Shown here piece by piece: positions 29,731 to 39,780 of a stretch of 64,000 bases of DNA. The position numbers and the translations under genes are program-made. The DNA comes from an uncultured Gammaproteobacteria bacterium (GTDB taxonomy: Bacteria > Patescibacteriota > Microgenomatia > UBA10105 > UBA927), in assembly GCA_964629685.1 (NCBI GenBank), contig CAZVTT010000001.1:81877-145876 (forward strand), given 5' to 3'. The notes below the pieces were generated by a model. It did not search any database. It was not told the DNA's origin and was given only the letters and a program-made list of their open reading frames with translations. How positions within the stretch are numbered: position 1 is the stretch's first letter; every line of letters begins with the position of its first letter.

Positions 29731-32088
29731 TTACCAGCCCTTCGTGCCTCCCCCGGTCTTGGGAGCAGCTGGCGCTGACCAGTGGTGCGTGCCACCGCTG
29801 GTGCTGGGTGTAAATGATGGAATAGACGGCGACGTGTGATGGAAAGACGGAGAACTAGATGTAGTCCCCCACCCGTTATAAACGGAAGACGAGGAGGTAT
29901 ACCGGGGCCGACGGGCTTCTTCAGCGTCGTCGACATTATCCTCTGCCTGTTCGTATGCGTCGCGGGCTTTTTCTTCCGCATCTTCGACCATTTCAATCTG
30001 CTTGGTCAAATTACCGGTTTCCTGCGCCCGACGGAGTAGTACCTGAGCTTCCAGCAACACATCTTTCGCGTGCTGCTCGACATCACTTTCGTGATCTGCA
30101 ATGTACTCTTCCGCCTTGCTTACAGCCGCCAGCGCATCCCGTAATGCCTTCGCAGCTTTCTTCCGCAAACGGTCTGCCGCATCAAACTGCTCCTGCGCGG
30201 TTTCGGCAATGGCATCCACGTCCGTATCCGCTTGCTTTAGCAAACGCAGGGCTTCAAGGTAATCCGGTTTAGCTTCTCCGAGTATTGCCTGCACCTGTTC
30301 CGCCAAACGCTTCGCCGCCGCCAGCCGATCTTCGACATCTTCATCGATGTCCTCGTCGTGATCGGCAACAAACGCTGCCGCCGTATCAATATCACGAAGC
30401 AGATCAGCCAAATCACCGGACGCGGTGCGTTCGGCCTCGGCTAATGTCTGTTCTAACGCGGAAATGGAGCGCATGTAACTTTCACCCTCGCCCAGCCACG
30501 TTTCAACCTGAACGACAAGCTGTTCAGCTTTTTCCCACTCCTGATGCTCGATACTCATTGCGGTCTCAGCCTCGGTCAGCGCGTCGTCCGACCAATTGAA
30601 GCGGTTTTCCGCTTCCGTACCGTTTCCGCGAACCGCACGCCAGCACGCCTCAGCGTACCTATCATCAATATCGTCGAAAATCCGCCGACCATCGGTAATA
30701 GCGATTTGAAGTTCACCCAAACGATTCCGGGCTAACTTCACCGTAGTCTGAATACGAATATGACGCGCCATCACTTCCGTCGCGGCGGTAAGCTGTTCAT
30801 CAGCCTGACGCTGGATTTCCGTGCACTGCGTCCGTGCGGCACCGTATTCCTTCGCTTCGATCAGCTTTCGGATTTGCGGCACCACGCTGGAAATAAACGT
30901 GTCAACCTGACCACGCATCATCTGCACGCGATAGCCATGCGCGGAAACTTCATCTATGCTCGTCAGTACGCGGGTCAGATGGACTTCGAGACTCGCTACA
31001 TCTTGCGGTGCTTGTTCAGCATCAACCTGATGTTGCCGCAACGCCTCTTCCAGTGCCGACGCACCACTTGCGACAGAATCGAGTGCAGTGTGAATACGCG
31101 AATATTCATCCTGAACGTTGAGTGCTTCCTCCAACGTTAAACCTTCGCGGAGCGGATCACCGTAGGTATCAGTTAGTCTGAGCAGTGGCTCTGCCTGTAC
31201 CCCCAGCAACCCGTCTACCCGCTCATGCTCACCAAGGAGTGTAGAGTACGTCGTTTCCGACAATTCCCCCTTCTTCGTGTTAAGCAACGTCAGGAAATCC
31301 TGTAGCCGATTAAACAGTGAGGAATACAACTCACCCGTTATCCGTTGTTCTTCGGTTGCGTTCTCCACCACTAACCGCCGCTTTGCGTTTTTTCGTTGTA
31401 CTGTCACGATGACGATAACAATCAGCACAACGCCAGAACCTACTCCGAGAACCAGAATCAACCAGCCAGCCACTTCAATCACACGGTTCATATCAAAACC
31501 CACCTGTGGCTGTGCCTGTACCGGTTGAACAGGAGCGTTAACCGTCGCTGGTATGGAGGTGGGAACAACCGGAGCTTGTGTGGGTGGTGGCGGCAATGTC
31601 GGTGGATGGAGGTGGAGGTCTATCACCCTCGACGTTTCCGTGATCCCATACACAAATCCGCCGGAGAAATCGCGTCCGGGAAAATACGTGTTCATCCCAT
31701 CCACGATTCTTTCCCACTGGGAGTCGAGCATCGTCGCCCACCGATTCCCATAAACCAGCGTGGTGTCACGCTGCTCGTAAGCGATCATAAAGACGATGAA
31801 GTCGTCGTTTAACTCACCGTTATATGCCCGCCACGATTCACATCGTGCCACGACCCGTTGATTCACTGCCGGGAGTGTATCTGCCTGAATATCAGTGAAT
31901 GTCCTGATCCTAACAATTGCGCCGGATTGCGCCTGCAAAGTTAAAGCCGCCTGCTCCACCGATGTTAGATTTCCGCCAAACACGTTGGCTTCGTCTACCA
32001 CGACAGTGTCACAGTCCGACTGCGCCTGTACAGGGAGTATGTTCATCCCGAATACAAGCAGAAGGAGACTAACAATCATCCTTCGCAT
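29731..32088 (-). CDS. TPM-domain membrane protein with long cytoplasmic coiled coil
   Basis: Signal peptide, VVDEANVF...YFPGRDFSGGFVYGI (TPM), Pro linker, TM, heptad-rich helices, Ser/Gly tail ending GGGTKGW. Confidence 0.75.
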   Translation of the reverse strand: MRRMIVSLLLLVFGMNILPVQAQSDCDTVVVDEANVFGGNLTSVEQAALTLQAQSGAIVRIRTFTDIQADTLPAVNQRVVARCESWRAYNGELNDDFIVFMIAYEQRDTTLVYGNRWATMLDSQWERIVDGMNTYFPGRDFSGGFVYGITETSRVIDLHLHPPTLPPPPTQAPVVPTSIPATVNAPVQPVQAQPQVGFDMNRVIEVAGWLILVLGVGSGVVLIVIVIVTVQRKNAKRRLVVENATEEQRITGELYSSLFNRLQDFLTLLNTKKGELSETTYSTLLGEHERVDGLLGVQAEPLLRLTDTYGDPLREGLTLEEALNVQDEYSRIHTALDSVASGASALEEALRQHQVDAEQAPQDVASLEVHLTRVLTSIDEVSAHGYRVQMMRGQVDTFISSVVPQIRKLIEAKEYGAARTQCTEIQRQADEQLTAATEVMARHIRIQTTVKLARNRLGELQIAITDGRRIFDDIDDRYAEACWRAVRGNGTEAENRFNWSDDALTEAETAMSIEHQEWEKAEQLVVQVETWLGEGESYMRSISALEQTLAEAERTASGDLADLLRDIDTAAAFVADHDEDIDEDVEDRLAAAKRLAEQVQAILGEAKPDYLEALRLLKQADTDVDAIAETAQEQFDAADRLRKKAAKALRDALAAVSKAEEYIADHESDVEQHAKDVLLEAQVLLRRAQETGNLTKQIEMVEDAEEKARDAYEQAEDNVDDAEEARRPRYTSSSSVYNGWGTTSSSPSFHHTSPSIPSFTPSTSGGTHHWSAPAAPKTGGGTKGW

Positions 32089-32488
32089 CTCACTGTCCTT
32101 CCTGCTACATTTTCGATATCAAACACTGCATTAGCGTCTTGTAAAGAGACCGCTTATCGATCCGGATGTATTATCTGAACCGATTGTCGATCTCTTTACT
32201 ACATTTTCTGAATGGATGTTAAAGTGCGTCTCTTACGGCGCTTTATGCCGTCAGAGACAACTGCCTATTGTACCCGAAACCAATGGAAACTTAAAGATTA
32301 TAGGTTTTACTACTGAAAAGCTGAAACATTCCTAAGCTCGGAATATATGTACTTTCGGTAGTAATAAACGAATTAAGTAACCACACCTTAATCTGCCACG
32401 AAAAAACCGGGCTGGTACCTTTAACATCGCATCCGCGACATTTGCTGGTCCATACCCGGTCCTTGTACTCAACACGCAAACGAAAAAA

Positions 32489-33865
32489 CTAAGCATTCAC
32501 GCTATTCGGATCAGGCGGATTGTACGGACGGATAGGTGTGTATATGCCGATTTCAGCTTCAAAATACTGAAGCCCCGAAGGCAACGCCCTCTGTTCCGTA
32601 TCATCGTCAAACCACATCCGCAGACGCGATGATCGGATTTCTACCATCCCCGGCTGTCTCACTTCCGTGTACAAATTCCCAAGCAGAAAGTGACCGTCAG
32701 CTAAACCGACAACCGCATCGTCGATCTCCAGAAGTACCTCACCCTGATTTCGGATTACCAGATGATCTTCCATCGTAAACGGAAAAACAAACCAACCGTC
32801 CTGAACTTCCGGATAAATCCGTCTACCGTTCACAGACAACAGTATCGTCGAATCCGCCTGAATGGCAAAAAACTCCTCCTCTTCGGAGAAAATTACCGAC
32901 ATACGCCAATAGGCCACAGGAGGGGCGTCTTCATTCGGTAATGCCGCCGCTATGGATTCCCATCCCGGACGACCATACACCATCAACCACTGGCGCTGCC
33001 CTGCCACTGCGTTCTGTCGGCGATACAGTGAACGATCAGGATATTGATCAGGTACGCGTGGGGTTGGATAATACGCTCCGTCTATTACTTCTTGAGCAGG
33101 ATCAGCCACCCGCCATTCCGACTCCCACCCGGAAACCAGATGAATTACGTAACTCCCATAGCCCGGTGTGGTTATTGCCGAATTCGGAATTTTCCAAAGA
33201 CCACCCAGCCCATTCACGATGTAATACACACTGCTTCCCCAAGGTTGGAAAGCAAAATGATACTCATCGTTCCACCAGAAGATAGCACCGCCGCCCACAT
33301 CTGCCGGTCCTCCAAGCGGATTATTCGGATCAGCACCAGATCCGTAGTTAATCGTCTCCAACACCGGATTAACCTGTAGTTCCATATGTTGTCTGGATTC
33401 TCCAGTGCCGGTGTTCGGCTCCAGATCGACCCCACGCAACCGGATTCGTACGGCAACCGCAATTGGTGCCTCCGGTGTTCTGCGTCCGCATATCGTTTGA
33501 TCTACGGGACCGCTGATCGTGCTTGGAGTTTCATTATAGACGTGTAAATATTCGTCGCATTGATCTCCAAAATTCTCGACAGTGGCGAGACCGGGTATAT
33601 TCGGAATATTGCTGATCCGCGCATCACATTCCACATCTATATCGTCCGCCCAGCCGTGAACCCGTTCGCCGCCGTGCGAGGTAAACTCAACGTAGTCCCA
33701 TCCACCCGGAGACTCACCGCAGAGCGTGTCAGTTACCAGACTAGGATAAAACGATAGTTGCCCATGTTCATTCCAAATGGTAATGGTTTGCTCTTGCGCA
33801 AAAACCGTTACCCCGCTATTGAGCAGAACGCTCAGACAGAATAGAACAACGACTGCGTACTTCAT
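32489..33865 (-). CDS. Secreted hypothetical protein
   Basis: Signal peptide MKYAVVVLFCLSVLLNSGVTVFA; purine-rich SD upstream. Confidence 0.75.
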   Translation of the reverse strand: MKYAVVVLFCLSVLLNSGVTVFAQEQTITIWNEHGQLSFYPSLVTDTLCGESPGGWDYVEFTSHGGERVHGWADDIDVECDARISNIPNIPGLATVENFGDQCDEYLHVYNETPSTISGPVDQTICGRRTPEAPIAVAVRIRLRGVDLEPNTGTGESRQHMELQVNPVLETINYGSGADPNNPLGGPADVGGGAIFWWNDEYHFAFQPWGSSVYYIVNGLGGLWKIPNSAITTPGYGSYVIHLVSGWESEWRVADPAQEVIDGAYYPTPRVPDQYPDRSLYRRQNAVAGQRQWLMVYGRPGWESIAAALPNEDAPPVAYWRMSVIFSEEEEFFAIQADSTILLSVNGRRIYPEVQDGWFVFPFTMEDHLVIRNQGEVLLEIDDAVVGLADGHFLLGNLYTEVRQPGMVEIRSSRLRMWFDDDTEQRALPSGLQYFEAEIGIYTPIRPYNPPDPNSVNA

Positions 33866-34213
33866 GATTTCCCTTTTCCTTTTTTGTTTGCGTGCTGTAA
33901 AGGTGCGTACACCGTCATGACTTCGCTTCCGATGCCAATTCAATGCACTCAAAAAAACCGTTTCCCTCTGAAACGTGTCCTAAAGCTTAGCACAATAATA
34001 ACATTTTATCAATTACTATGAGTCTTCTTATTTCCCTATTATAGCGTTGTTTGGAGAATTATTGTCAGGTATTTATCAGGCACAAAATCGAAATTATCAG
34101 AATGACATATTTCCGTCAGAATAACCTATAATTGAGCTGTTCGCCACTAAATTTTACACATTCGCCTATGGTTTGGTACAATATGCGGTACATTCGAGCG
34201 CGAAAAGGATGAC

Positions 34214-34285
34214 GCCAGCGTAGCTCAGGGGCAGAGCAGTGTCTTCATAAGGCATGGGTCGGGGGTCCGAATCCCTCCGCTGGCA
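34214..34285 (+). tRNA. tRNA-Met(CAT), elongator-type
   Basis: GCCAGCG/CGCTGGC acceptor, GCTC/GAGC D stem, GTGTC-TTCATAA-GGCAT anticodon arm, T loop TCCGAAT; CCA not encoded. Confidence 0.9.
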
Positions 34286-34306
34286 CCGGAAATACAGAAC
34301 GGATAT

Positions 34307-34666
34307 CTAGAAGAAAAGTTCCCACCACAAACGCCAATTAGGCTTATTTGAGCCCTCTGAAAGGCTATGTATGGACACAGAAGCCGCTGGTGAACCGATA
34401 AGTACAACCGTCTCTCCCTCCTTTACCAGCCCAAGCTTGTTTCGAGCTTCCTGTTCTACAAACTCAGGTGTATCCGCAAAAGCTACGGCTGCTTTTAAAC
34501 GTTGGTTTTCTGCCTGTACAGCCTCCAGCTCACGCTGACGATCTGTGACGATTCCGTACTTTTGTATCCCATCATAGAGCGTCCTAATGAGGCCAAATGA
34601 GGTAAACATACAGACGGCGATAACAATCCAAAAGCCTAATCCTGCTGGTTTAGAAGACCTGATCAT
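34307..34666 (-). CDS. Septum formation initiator (DivIC/FtsB family)
   Basis: TM + coiled coil + FVEQEARNKLGLVKEGE; PNWRLWWELFF tail. Confidence 0.85.
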   Translation of the reverse strand: MIRSSKPAGLGFWIVIAVCMFTSFGLIRTLYDGIQKYGIVTDRQRELEAVQAENQRLKAAVAFADTPEFVEQEARNKLGLVKEGETVVLIGSPAASVSIHSLSEGSNKPNWRLWWELFF

Positions 34667-34805
34667 ACCGTTCTCCGGAACGTCCGATATAGTGCCTATA
34701 ACTACCTACTTGTATCAGGACTTTTTTTATGATATTATAGGACACTATAAGCCTATAGCTACTGCTTGAGGCTCTTTTATTCGGTTTAATAGGAATAATT
34801 ATACT

Positions 34806-35669
34806 ATGGCAGCAATCGAACTCACATCCGCCCAAAAACAATTCGTTGAATACCTGGAAAGTCGACGTCGTGCTCGCGCGACTATCGTAGCATACAGTAA
34901 AGATATCGAACAGCTTGTCGGCTTTTTAACTAGCCTGGGTAAGAAAACGATAGATGAAATCCAAAGAGATGAACTTGAAGCCTTCCTAAACAAACTTGCC
35001 ACCGATAGCTACACTCCCAAGTCAGTCTCCCGCAAGATTAACTCAATTAAAACGTTTTACCGGTTCCTTAAATCTGCCAGCATCGTTAATGCCGACCCGG
35101 CTGCAGAGATAGAACATCCGAAATATGAAACCAAGCCACCCCGTATACTATCTAAAGTAGAATATCGCGCATTGCGGGATGCATGTCGTGGTGACATTCG
35201 CACCTACGCTATCGTTGAGTTATTTTTACAAACTGGCATTAGAATTGGAGAATTAACGAATCTTTCCCTTACGGATATCCGCGACAGTGAATTGCACATT
35301 GCTGCACAAGAAGGTCACGCTGAGCGGAACGTACCCCTGAATAAAGCAGCTAAAGAGGCCCTTAGCCGCTATATGGAAGTACGCGGTAAAAACACGGTAA
35401 GCAAAGCACTATTCGTAACTAAAACCGGAAAACCGTTACTTATCCGTAATATCCGGACGACTATCGACAGGTATTTCCGTATTGCCGGAATTGAAGGTGC
35501 GAAAGTAAACGACCTGCGCCATACATTTATTGCCCATCATTTAATGGCAGGGACTCCTATTACGACGCTTTCCAAACTGGTAGGTCACAAACGCTTATCT
35601 ACAACCGAGAAATATTTGGAATTGGTAAAAGACAAGCAGACTGAACACGTCAAACTGGAAGAACTTTAA
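34806..35669 (+). CDS. XerC/XerD-like tyrosine recombinase
   Basis: SAM-like N-domain, TGIRIGEL, NDLRHTF, LVGH...TTEKY. Confidence 0.9.
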   Translation: MAAIELTSAQKQFVEYLESRRRARATIVAYSKDIEQLVGFLTSLGKKTIDEIQRDELEAFLNKLATDSYTPKSVSRKINSIKTFYRFLKSASIVNADPAAEIEHPKYETKPPRILSKVEYRALRDACRGDIRTYAIVELFLQTGIRIGELTNLSLTDIRDSELHIAAQEGHAERNVPLNKAAKEALSRYMEVRGKNTVSKALFVTKTGKPLLIRNIRTTIDRYFRIAGIEGAKVNDLRHTFIAHHLMAGTPITTLSKLVGHKRLSTTEKYLELVKDKQTEHVKLEEL

Positions 35670-35708
35670 CCAGCCAAAATCCATTCACCGCACGGTAAAC
35701 CCAATCCG

Positions 35709-36368
35709 TTAAAACTCCGTCTTGTAGTGTGGATATGCCTCCAGATATTGCTTACGAACCTCTCCTTTCATATGTGGTATGAAGGGTCGGAATAGGTCAA
35801 CTTTTGTCGGATGATGTTTAAACGTATATAACAGTTTATTTACATAGTTATGTAAATCTTGTGCAAAGCTGATATTTACTATTTTAAAATTCTTTATGGC
35901 GGCGGCACCGGACCTGGCAACAAAATACCCTAAACCCAGAAACGCTTCCAGATAACTGGATGAATATGAACCGGTATCCTGGATTTCATCCAAACCCAAC
36001 GAGAATTGATACCAGGTAAATGGTGTAGTATATATTATCTTTGTTAACCTTCTGGTGGTAATAATAAAAATTGATTTTCGATACGTTTCGCTCATCCACC
36101 ACAGTCCTCCCAGAAACGTACCTCCGGCAAAGAGCACTACCGGTATCGTAAGCCAATTTAAAGGCGCTAATCTATGTAACCAGGAAACAATCAGAAATCC
36201 CAATCCGCAAATAACACCGACTACTCCCACAAGTGCAACCAAGCGCAGCTTAAAAATAATAATGGATTCACGTGTCAGAAAAAGAATTTTTTCACCGGTA
36301 TTCATTCCCGGAAAATGAAGGTCAGTGTAAGGAAACGTAAATTCACCGACGGACAGTACTTCTTGCAC
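35709..36368 (-). CDS. Membrane protein with bacterial PH-like domain
   Basis: Two TM then FIITTRRL...LDEIQD...LGLG pattern. Confidence 0.65.
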   Translation of the reverse strand: MQEVLSVGEFTFPYTDLHFPGMNTGEKILFLTRESIIIFKLRLVALVGVVGVICGLGFLIVSWLHRLAPLNWLTIPVVLFAGGTFLGGLWWMSETYRKSIFIITTRRLTKIIYTTPFTWYQFSLGLDEIQDTGSYSSSYLEAFLGLGYFVARSGAAAIKNFKIVNISFAQDLHNYVNKLLYTFKHHPTKVDLFRPFIPHMKGEVRKQYLEAYPHYKTEF

Positions 36369-36384
36369 AACTCCTCCTTGTCAA

Positions 36385-36942
36385 TCAACCGAACTGCAAA
36401 TATCCGGCCATATGAATATGCTTGTTTACGAATAATGCCTCTTCACGGCACCAGGGAGAAAAATATTGTGGTGTACGGATAATATCATCCAAAAAACTTT
36501 GCCAGGTTACCCATTTCCAGTTTTCCACTTCACCCGGTGCGGGTTTTGGATCGGTCGCATCAACCTTGGCTACCATTACCGGACAAATCTCATTTTCAAC
36601 AATACCGTTATGGTCAGCAAAACGATAACGATACTGCGCTACTTCTTTAACTGCGTCCAAGGGAATAACTATCCCCAACTCCTGTTCTAACCGTCTCACG
36701 GCTGCCTCCGTTACCCGTTCTCCCTGCGCAGGGTGACCACAGACCGTATTTGTCCAATATCCGGGAAAAGCCTTTTTACTCTTTGCTCTCTGTGTAAGAA
36801 GCAAATCTCCATTCAGGTTGAACAAAAATAAAGAAAATCCCCTGTGTAACGGTGTGTCAGACGTGTGTACGGTAGCCTTCGGCGCCGTTCCTAATTCGTG
36901 ATTCTGTTCATTTACCAATACGACTACTTCCGTATCAGCCAT
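36385..36942 (-). CDS. idi: Isopentenyl-diphosphate delta-isomerase type 1
   Basis: LHRGFS, QRA..K..FPG.WTNTVCGHP, ENEICPV; SD AAGGAG before MADTE. Confidence 0.93.
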   Translation of the reverse strand: MADTEVVVLVNEQNHELGTAPKATVHTSDTPLHRGFSLFLFNLNGDLLLTQRAKSKKAFPGYWTNTVCGHPAQGERVTEAAVRRLEQELGIVIPLDAVKEVAQYRYRFADHNGIVENEICPVMVAKVDATDPKPAPGEVENWKWVTWQSFLDDIIRTPQYFSPWCREEALFVNKHIHMAGYLQFG

Positions 36943-37011
36943 ACCGCTCCTTTTTGATCCGCTGACATGAGTCAGGAATAAACCCGTAAATATTGTATCG
37001 AGTCCAGTTAG

Positions 37012-37083
37012 TGCGTCTGGATGGGATCGAACCATCGGCATCCACTTTATAAGAGTGGCGCTCTACCACTGAGCTACAGACGC
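37012..37083 (-). tRNA. tRNA-Ile(TAT)
   Basis: GCGTCTG/CAGACGC acceptor, D arm GCTCAGTGGTAGAGC, CCACT-CTTATAA-AGTGG anticodon arm, GATGG-TTCGATC-CCATC T arm. Confidence 0.9.
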
Positions 37084-37197
37084 ATTCATCAACCAGTATC
37101 CGTCGCTACGTACATGTATTTTTGCGCGACAGAACGTGTGATATCCCGTAATTGTACTAAAAAATGACCTAAAATTCGATCATCTAATCCGAATTGG

Positions 37198-38277
37198 TTA
37201 TTTCGTCAGTTTTTGTTCGGATAATAACAGCGCTTTCTGACGACAAAACAATTGTTCAGAGGATGACAGCCGTTCATAAGAACACACCGAAGAAATAAAG
37301 TCAGTACTGGCACACGATTTATCATACAACGATAAACTCGTAATCATACCGGTTACACAAACCGGCCGTAGTGTGTCCGATATCCCCAGGCACGGATCGA
37401 TTATTTGCGCGACAGAACAAGCTGGATGCGTATTTATAATATATGAACCGGTGAGTTGCCCGATGGCACGTTCCGCACCGGCTTTATCAGGGATACCTGA
37501 TATATACACCGCCGCCTGACTAAAATCTTCCGTCATCAACCAGGATGCCACCGCCATCCCTTCGTAACAATACTGACGGTACGAATCAGGTTGTCCCGCA
37601 CACCACATGAACGGTGAAGCATCGGGAAGCTGAAGACCATATTCACGGTTAAACGCATATGTAGCCACGCCGTTGTATACCCCTATCATACAGGTCTGTT
37701 GATACTCAGGCTTGGGGGAAATGTGCAAGCAGACCGATATCCCCTTCTCTATCATCTTCTGGGCATTGCCCCAGTACTCCTGTTCATGACCCGCCGCCGC
37801 ACCGTGGCCTATACCATGAAAACAATTTGCCTGACTATTCCGCTCCTCTATTTCCAAACATACTTTTTCAGCTATCTCGGGTTTAACTGTCCGAGCTGCC
37901 ATTGTCTCCGATAACCCATGGAAAAACCCGTATCCGCACAGATCGGTTAATGCACTGACGGAAATTCTTTTTGACCGTTGATACAGCTCAAAAAATGTTC
38001 TCCCAGCCGTGTGGGTTAAATCGTGACAAGCGCTGAGCGTAATATGTTTGTTCGTTAACAGTCCCTGTGTATAACGAAGTGCGACATCCGTGCCCTCTTC
38101 CCGCACTAACGTTTTTATTGTACGTTCGTAACACGAAAAACTATTCTCTGACTGCAGACAGTGCTGAGATACGGGCACTGCAATATTTTGTAACCGCAAA
38201 AAACCCCATAATCCCGCTATAAGTAAACTAACCAGGCTAATACCAACCAAACGCCGCATCATTGCCACTATACGCAA
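37198..38277 (-). CDS. Exported Cys/His-rich repeat protein
   Basis: N-terminal TM; CHDLTHTAG, CGYGFFHG, CFHGIGHG repeats. Confidence 0.7.
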   Translation of the reverse strand: MRIVAMMRRLVGISLVSLLIAGLWGFLRLQNIAVPVSQHCLQSENSFSCYERTIKTLVREEGTDVALRYTQGLLTNKHITLSACHDLTHTAGRTFFELYQRSKRISVSALTDLCGYGFFHGLSETMAARTVKPEIAEKVCLEIEERNSQANCFHGIGHGAAAGHEQEYWGNAQKMIEKGISVCLHISPKPEYQQTCMIGVYNGVATYAFNREYGLQLPDASPFMWCAGQPDSYRQYCYEGMAVASWLMTEDFSQAAVYISGIPDKAGAERAIGQLTGSYIINTHPACSVAQIIDPCLGISDTLRPVCVTGMITSLSLYDKSCASTDFISSVCSYERLSSSEQLFCRQKALLLSEQKLTK

Positions 38278-38319
38278 TGCAGGAGTCTGTCACAAGCTGT
38301 GAACGAAAAAACGCAAAGA

Positions 38320-39729
38320 TTATTGATGAATCAGCGCATGAAGTTGATCCTGAAGTTCCAAAGCATGCTTTTTCTGCCGACTGATTATGATATATACCAG
38401 TTTATCTTGCATAACCATATTCTCGGAGATTATCAGTACTCCTTCTTTGGTTTTTTTATCGAATAATACCGGCTTGAGTCGTTCTAGCAATGCCGTGAAT
38501 GAGCGGAATGCACCTTTGGGCAAATCATACGTAGTTACCGAAAGCACATACCACTGATACATAAAATCCCTGCCCAACAGATGCTCTGCCACAGCATAAA
38601 CATAGGTTCCCCCGGTTCGCCGTACATTAGATTCCGTCACCACGAGTTTGCCGTTTTTTGCTACTACAAAGTCAACGTCAAAATATCCGCGGTAGCCGGC
38701 CTTTACATACTGTTCGGCAATAAAAAAGCCGGTATCCACCAATGTGGCGGCTGTTCTGTCGGAAAAAATTCCATAACTAATTTCCACGCCGCCGAACACA
38801 CCGTTTCTATCCACTCTCATGCCACAGTAGTACAGAAAATCTATTCTGCCGCTTTTTAGGATACGGAATTCCACACTTAAACTTCCTCCGCCGACCGTGG
38901 TGTTTACGGGAATGTAGTCTTCAATAATAATCGGAAATTTATCCCAGTAGGCCTCCTCCGACAACCGTTGATGTATTTTAGCTTCACATTCGCGATACTG
39001 CAGGGGTAAATCTCCCGGACGGAAAATGAGTATTCCCGCTCCCGAATGTCCCTTGTTGGTCTTAATTACCACACCGTTTTCGTGAATATATTTATTTGCG
39101 GCAATTTTCGCGGCATCGGCCACATTTACACATACCAACCCTTCTGCCATTTGAAAATCCGGTTCCACCGCAGCACTTTTCTGCGCAAGTTGCCGTATAC
39201 CGGATTTGCTGCCGTAAAAATTAATCGTCCAGGCGTCTTCCTCTTCAGGAGCTTCCGGCGTTATTACTTCCACACCCGCCGCACGTAATGCTTCTACCAG
39301 TTTCAAGAACTGCTGAGAAGTAGAATAGCTTGTAATCATTAACCGTTTTGATTTCTGCCCCGCCTCTACCAGCGCCTGCATCACTTGCTTATCTCCACGG
39401 ATATCATCACAAATGACACCGGTATGCCGTTTAGGAACAAGAATTGTTACCCGTTTCTTTCCGAACAAAGACATGTAATACTGCAGAAATTCTTCACTTA
39501 CCGGTCGGGGAAGCACAAAAATAGAATCGTCTTCACCGGCTAACGAAAAAAGTTCGCGGTCACCTAGTGCCGCATTCTCGGATATTTCTGTCTGGCGCAT
39601 CCGATCGTCAGTAATTGCACAGATAAACGGCCAGACGTCTTCCGACATGTTCCAGATATAAACGGTCGTTTCAAGAAGTTTTCCATTTCCGTTACCGTTT
39701 ACCGGCACCGGGGTACTGTTCAATGACAT
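38320..39729 (-). CDS. ATP-grasp ligase (pre-ATP-grasp/PGM1-like)
   Basis: SKSGIRQLA, VIKTNKGHSGAG, IIEDYI, GYFDVDF...ESNVRRTGGT. Confidence 0.75.
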   Translation of the reverse strand: MSLNSTPVPVNGNGNGKLLETTVYIWNMSEDVWPFICAITDDRMRQTEISENAALGDRELFSLAGEDDSIFVLPRPVSEEFLQYYMSLFGKKRVTILVPKRHTGVICDDIRGDKQVMQALVEAGQKSKRLMITSYSTSQQFLKLVEALRAAGVEVITPEAPEEEDAWTINFYGSKSGIRQLAQKSAAVEPDFQMAEGLVCVNVADAAKIAANKYIHENGVVIKTNKGHSGAGILIFRPGDLPLQYRECEAKIHQRLSEEAYWDKFPIIIEDYIPVNTTVGGGSLSVEFRILKSGRIDFLYYCGMRVDRNGVFGGVEISYGIFSDRTAATLVDTGFFIAEQYVKAGYRGYFDVDFVVAKNGKLVVTESNVRRTGGTYVYAVAEHLLGRDFMYQWYVLSVTTYDLPKGAFRSFTALLERLKPVLFDKKTKEGVLIISENMVMQDKLVYIIISRQKKHALELQDQLHALIHQ

Positions 39730-39780
39730 ACAATATAACCAACAATAGCTGTTTTACGGCAATGGTCAAGAGGGAAACGA

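Noticed and set aside
32415-32428. Additional boxA-like copy GTACCTTTAACATC on + strand
   Set aside because: Lies within the terminator-like hairpin of the minus-strand gene with no + strand gene downstream; not counted
27056-35669. Integron (hairpins as attC sites, recombinase as IntI)
   Set aside because: Hairpins lack RYYYAAC/GTTRRRY ends, genes are in mixed orientation with their own promoters, and the recombinase lacks the IntI insertion
36943-37041. N-terminal extension of idi in the ORF track
   Set aside because: Overlaps the tRNA-Ile gene; an SD supports the start at 36942
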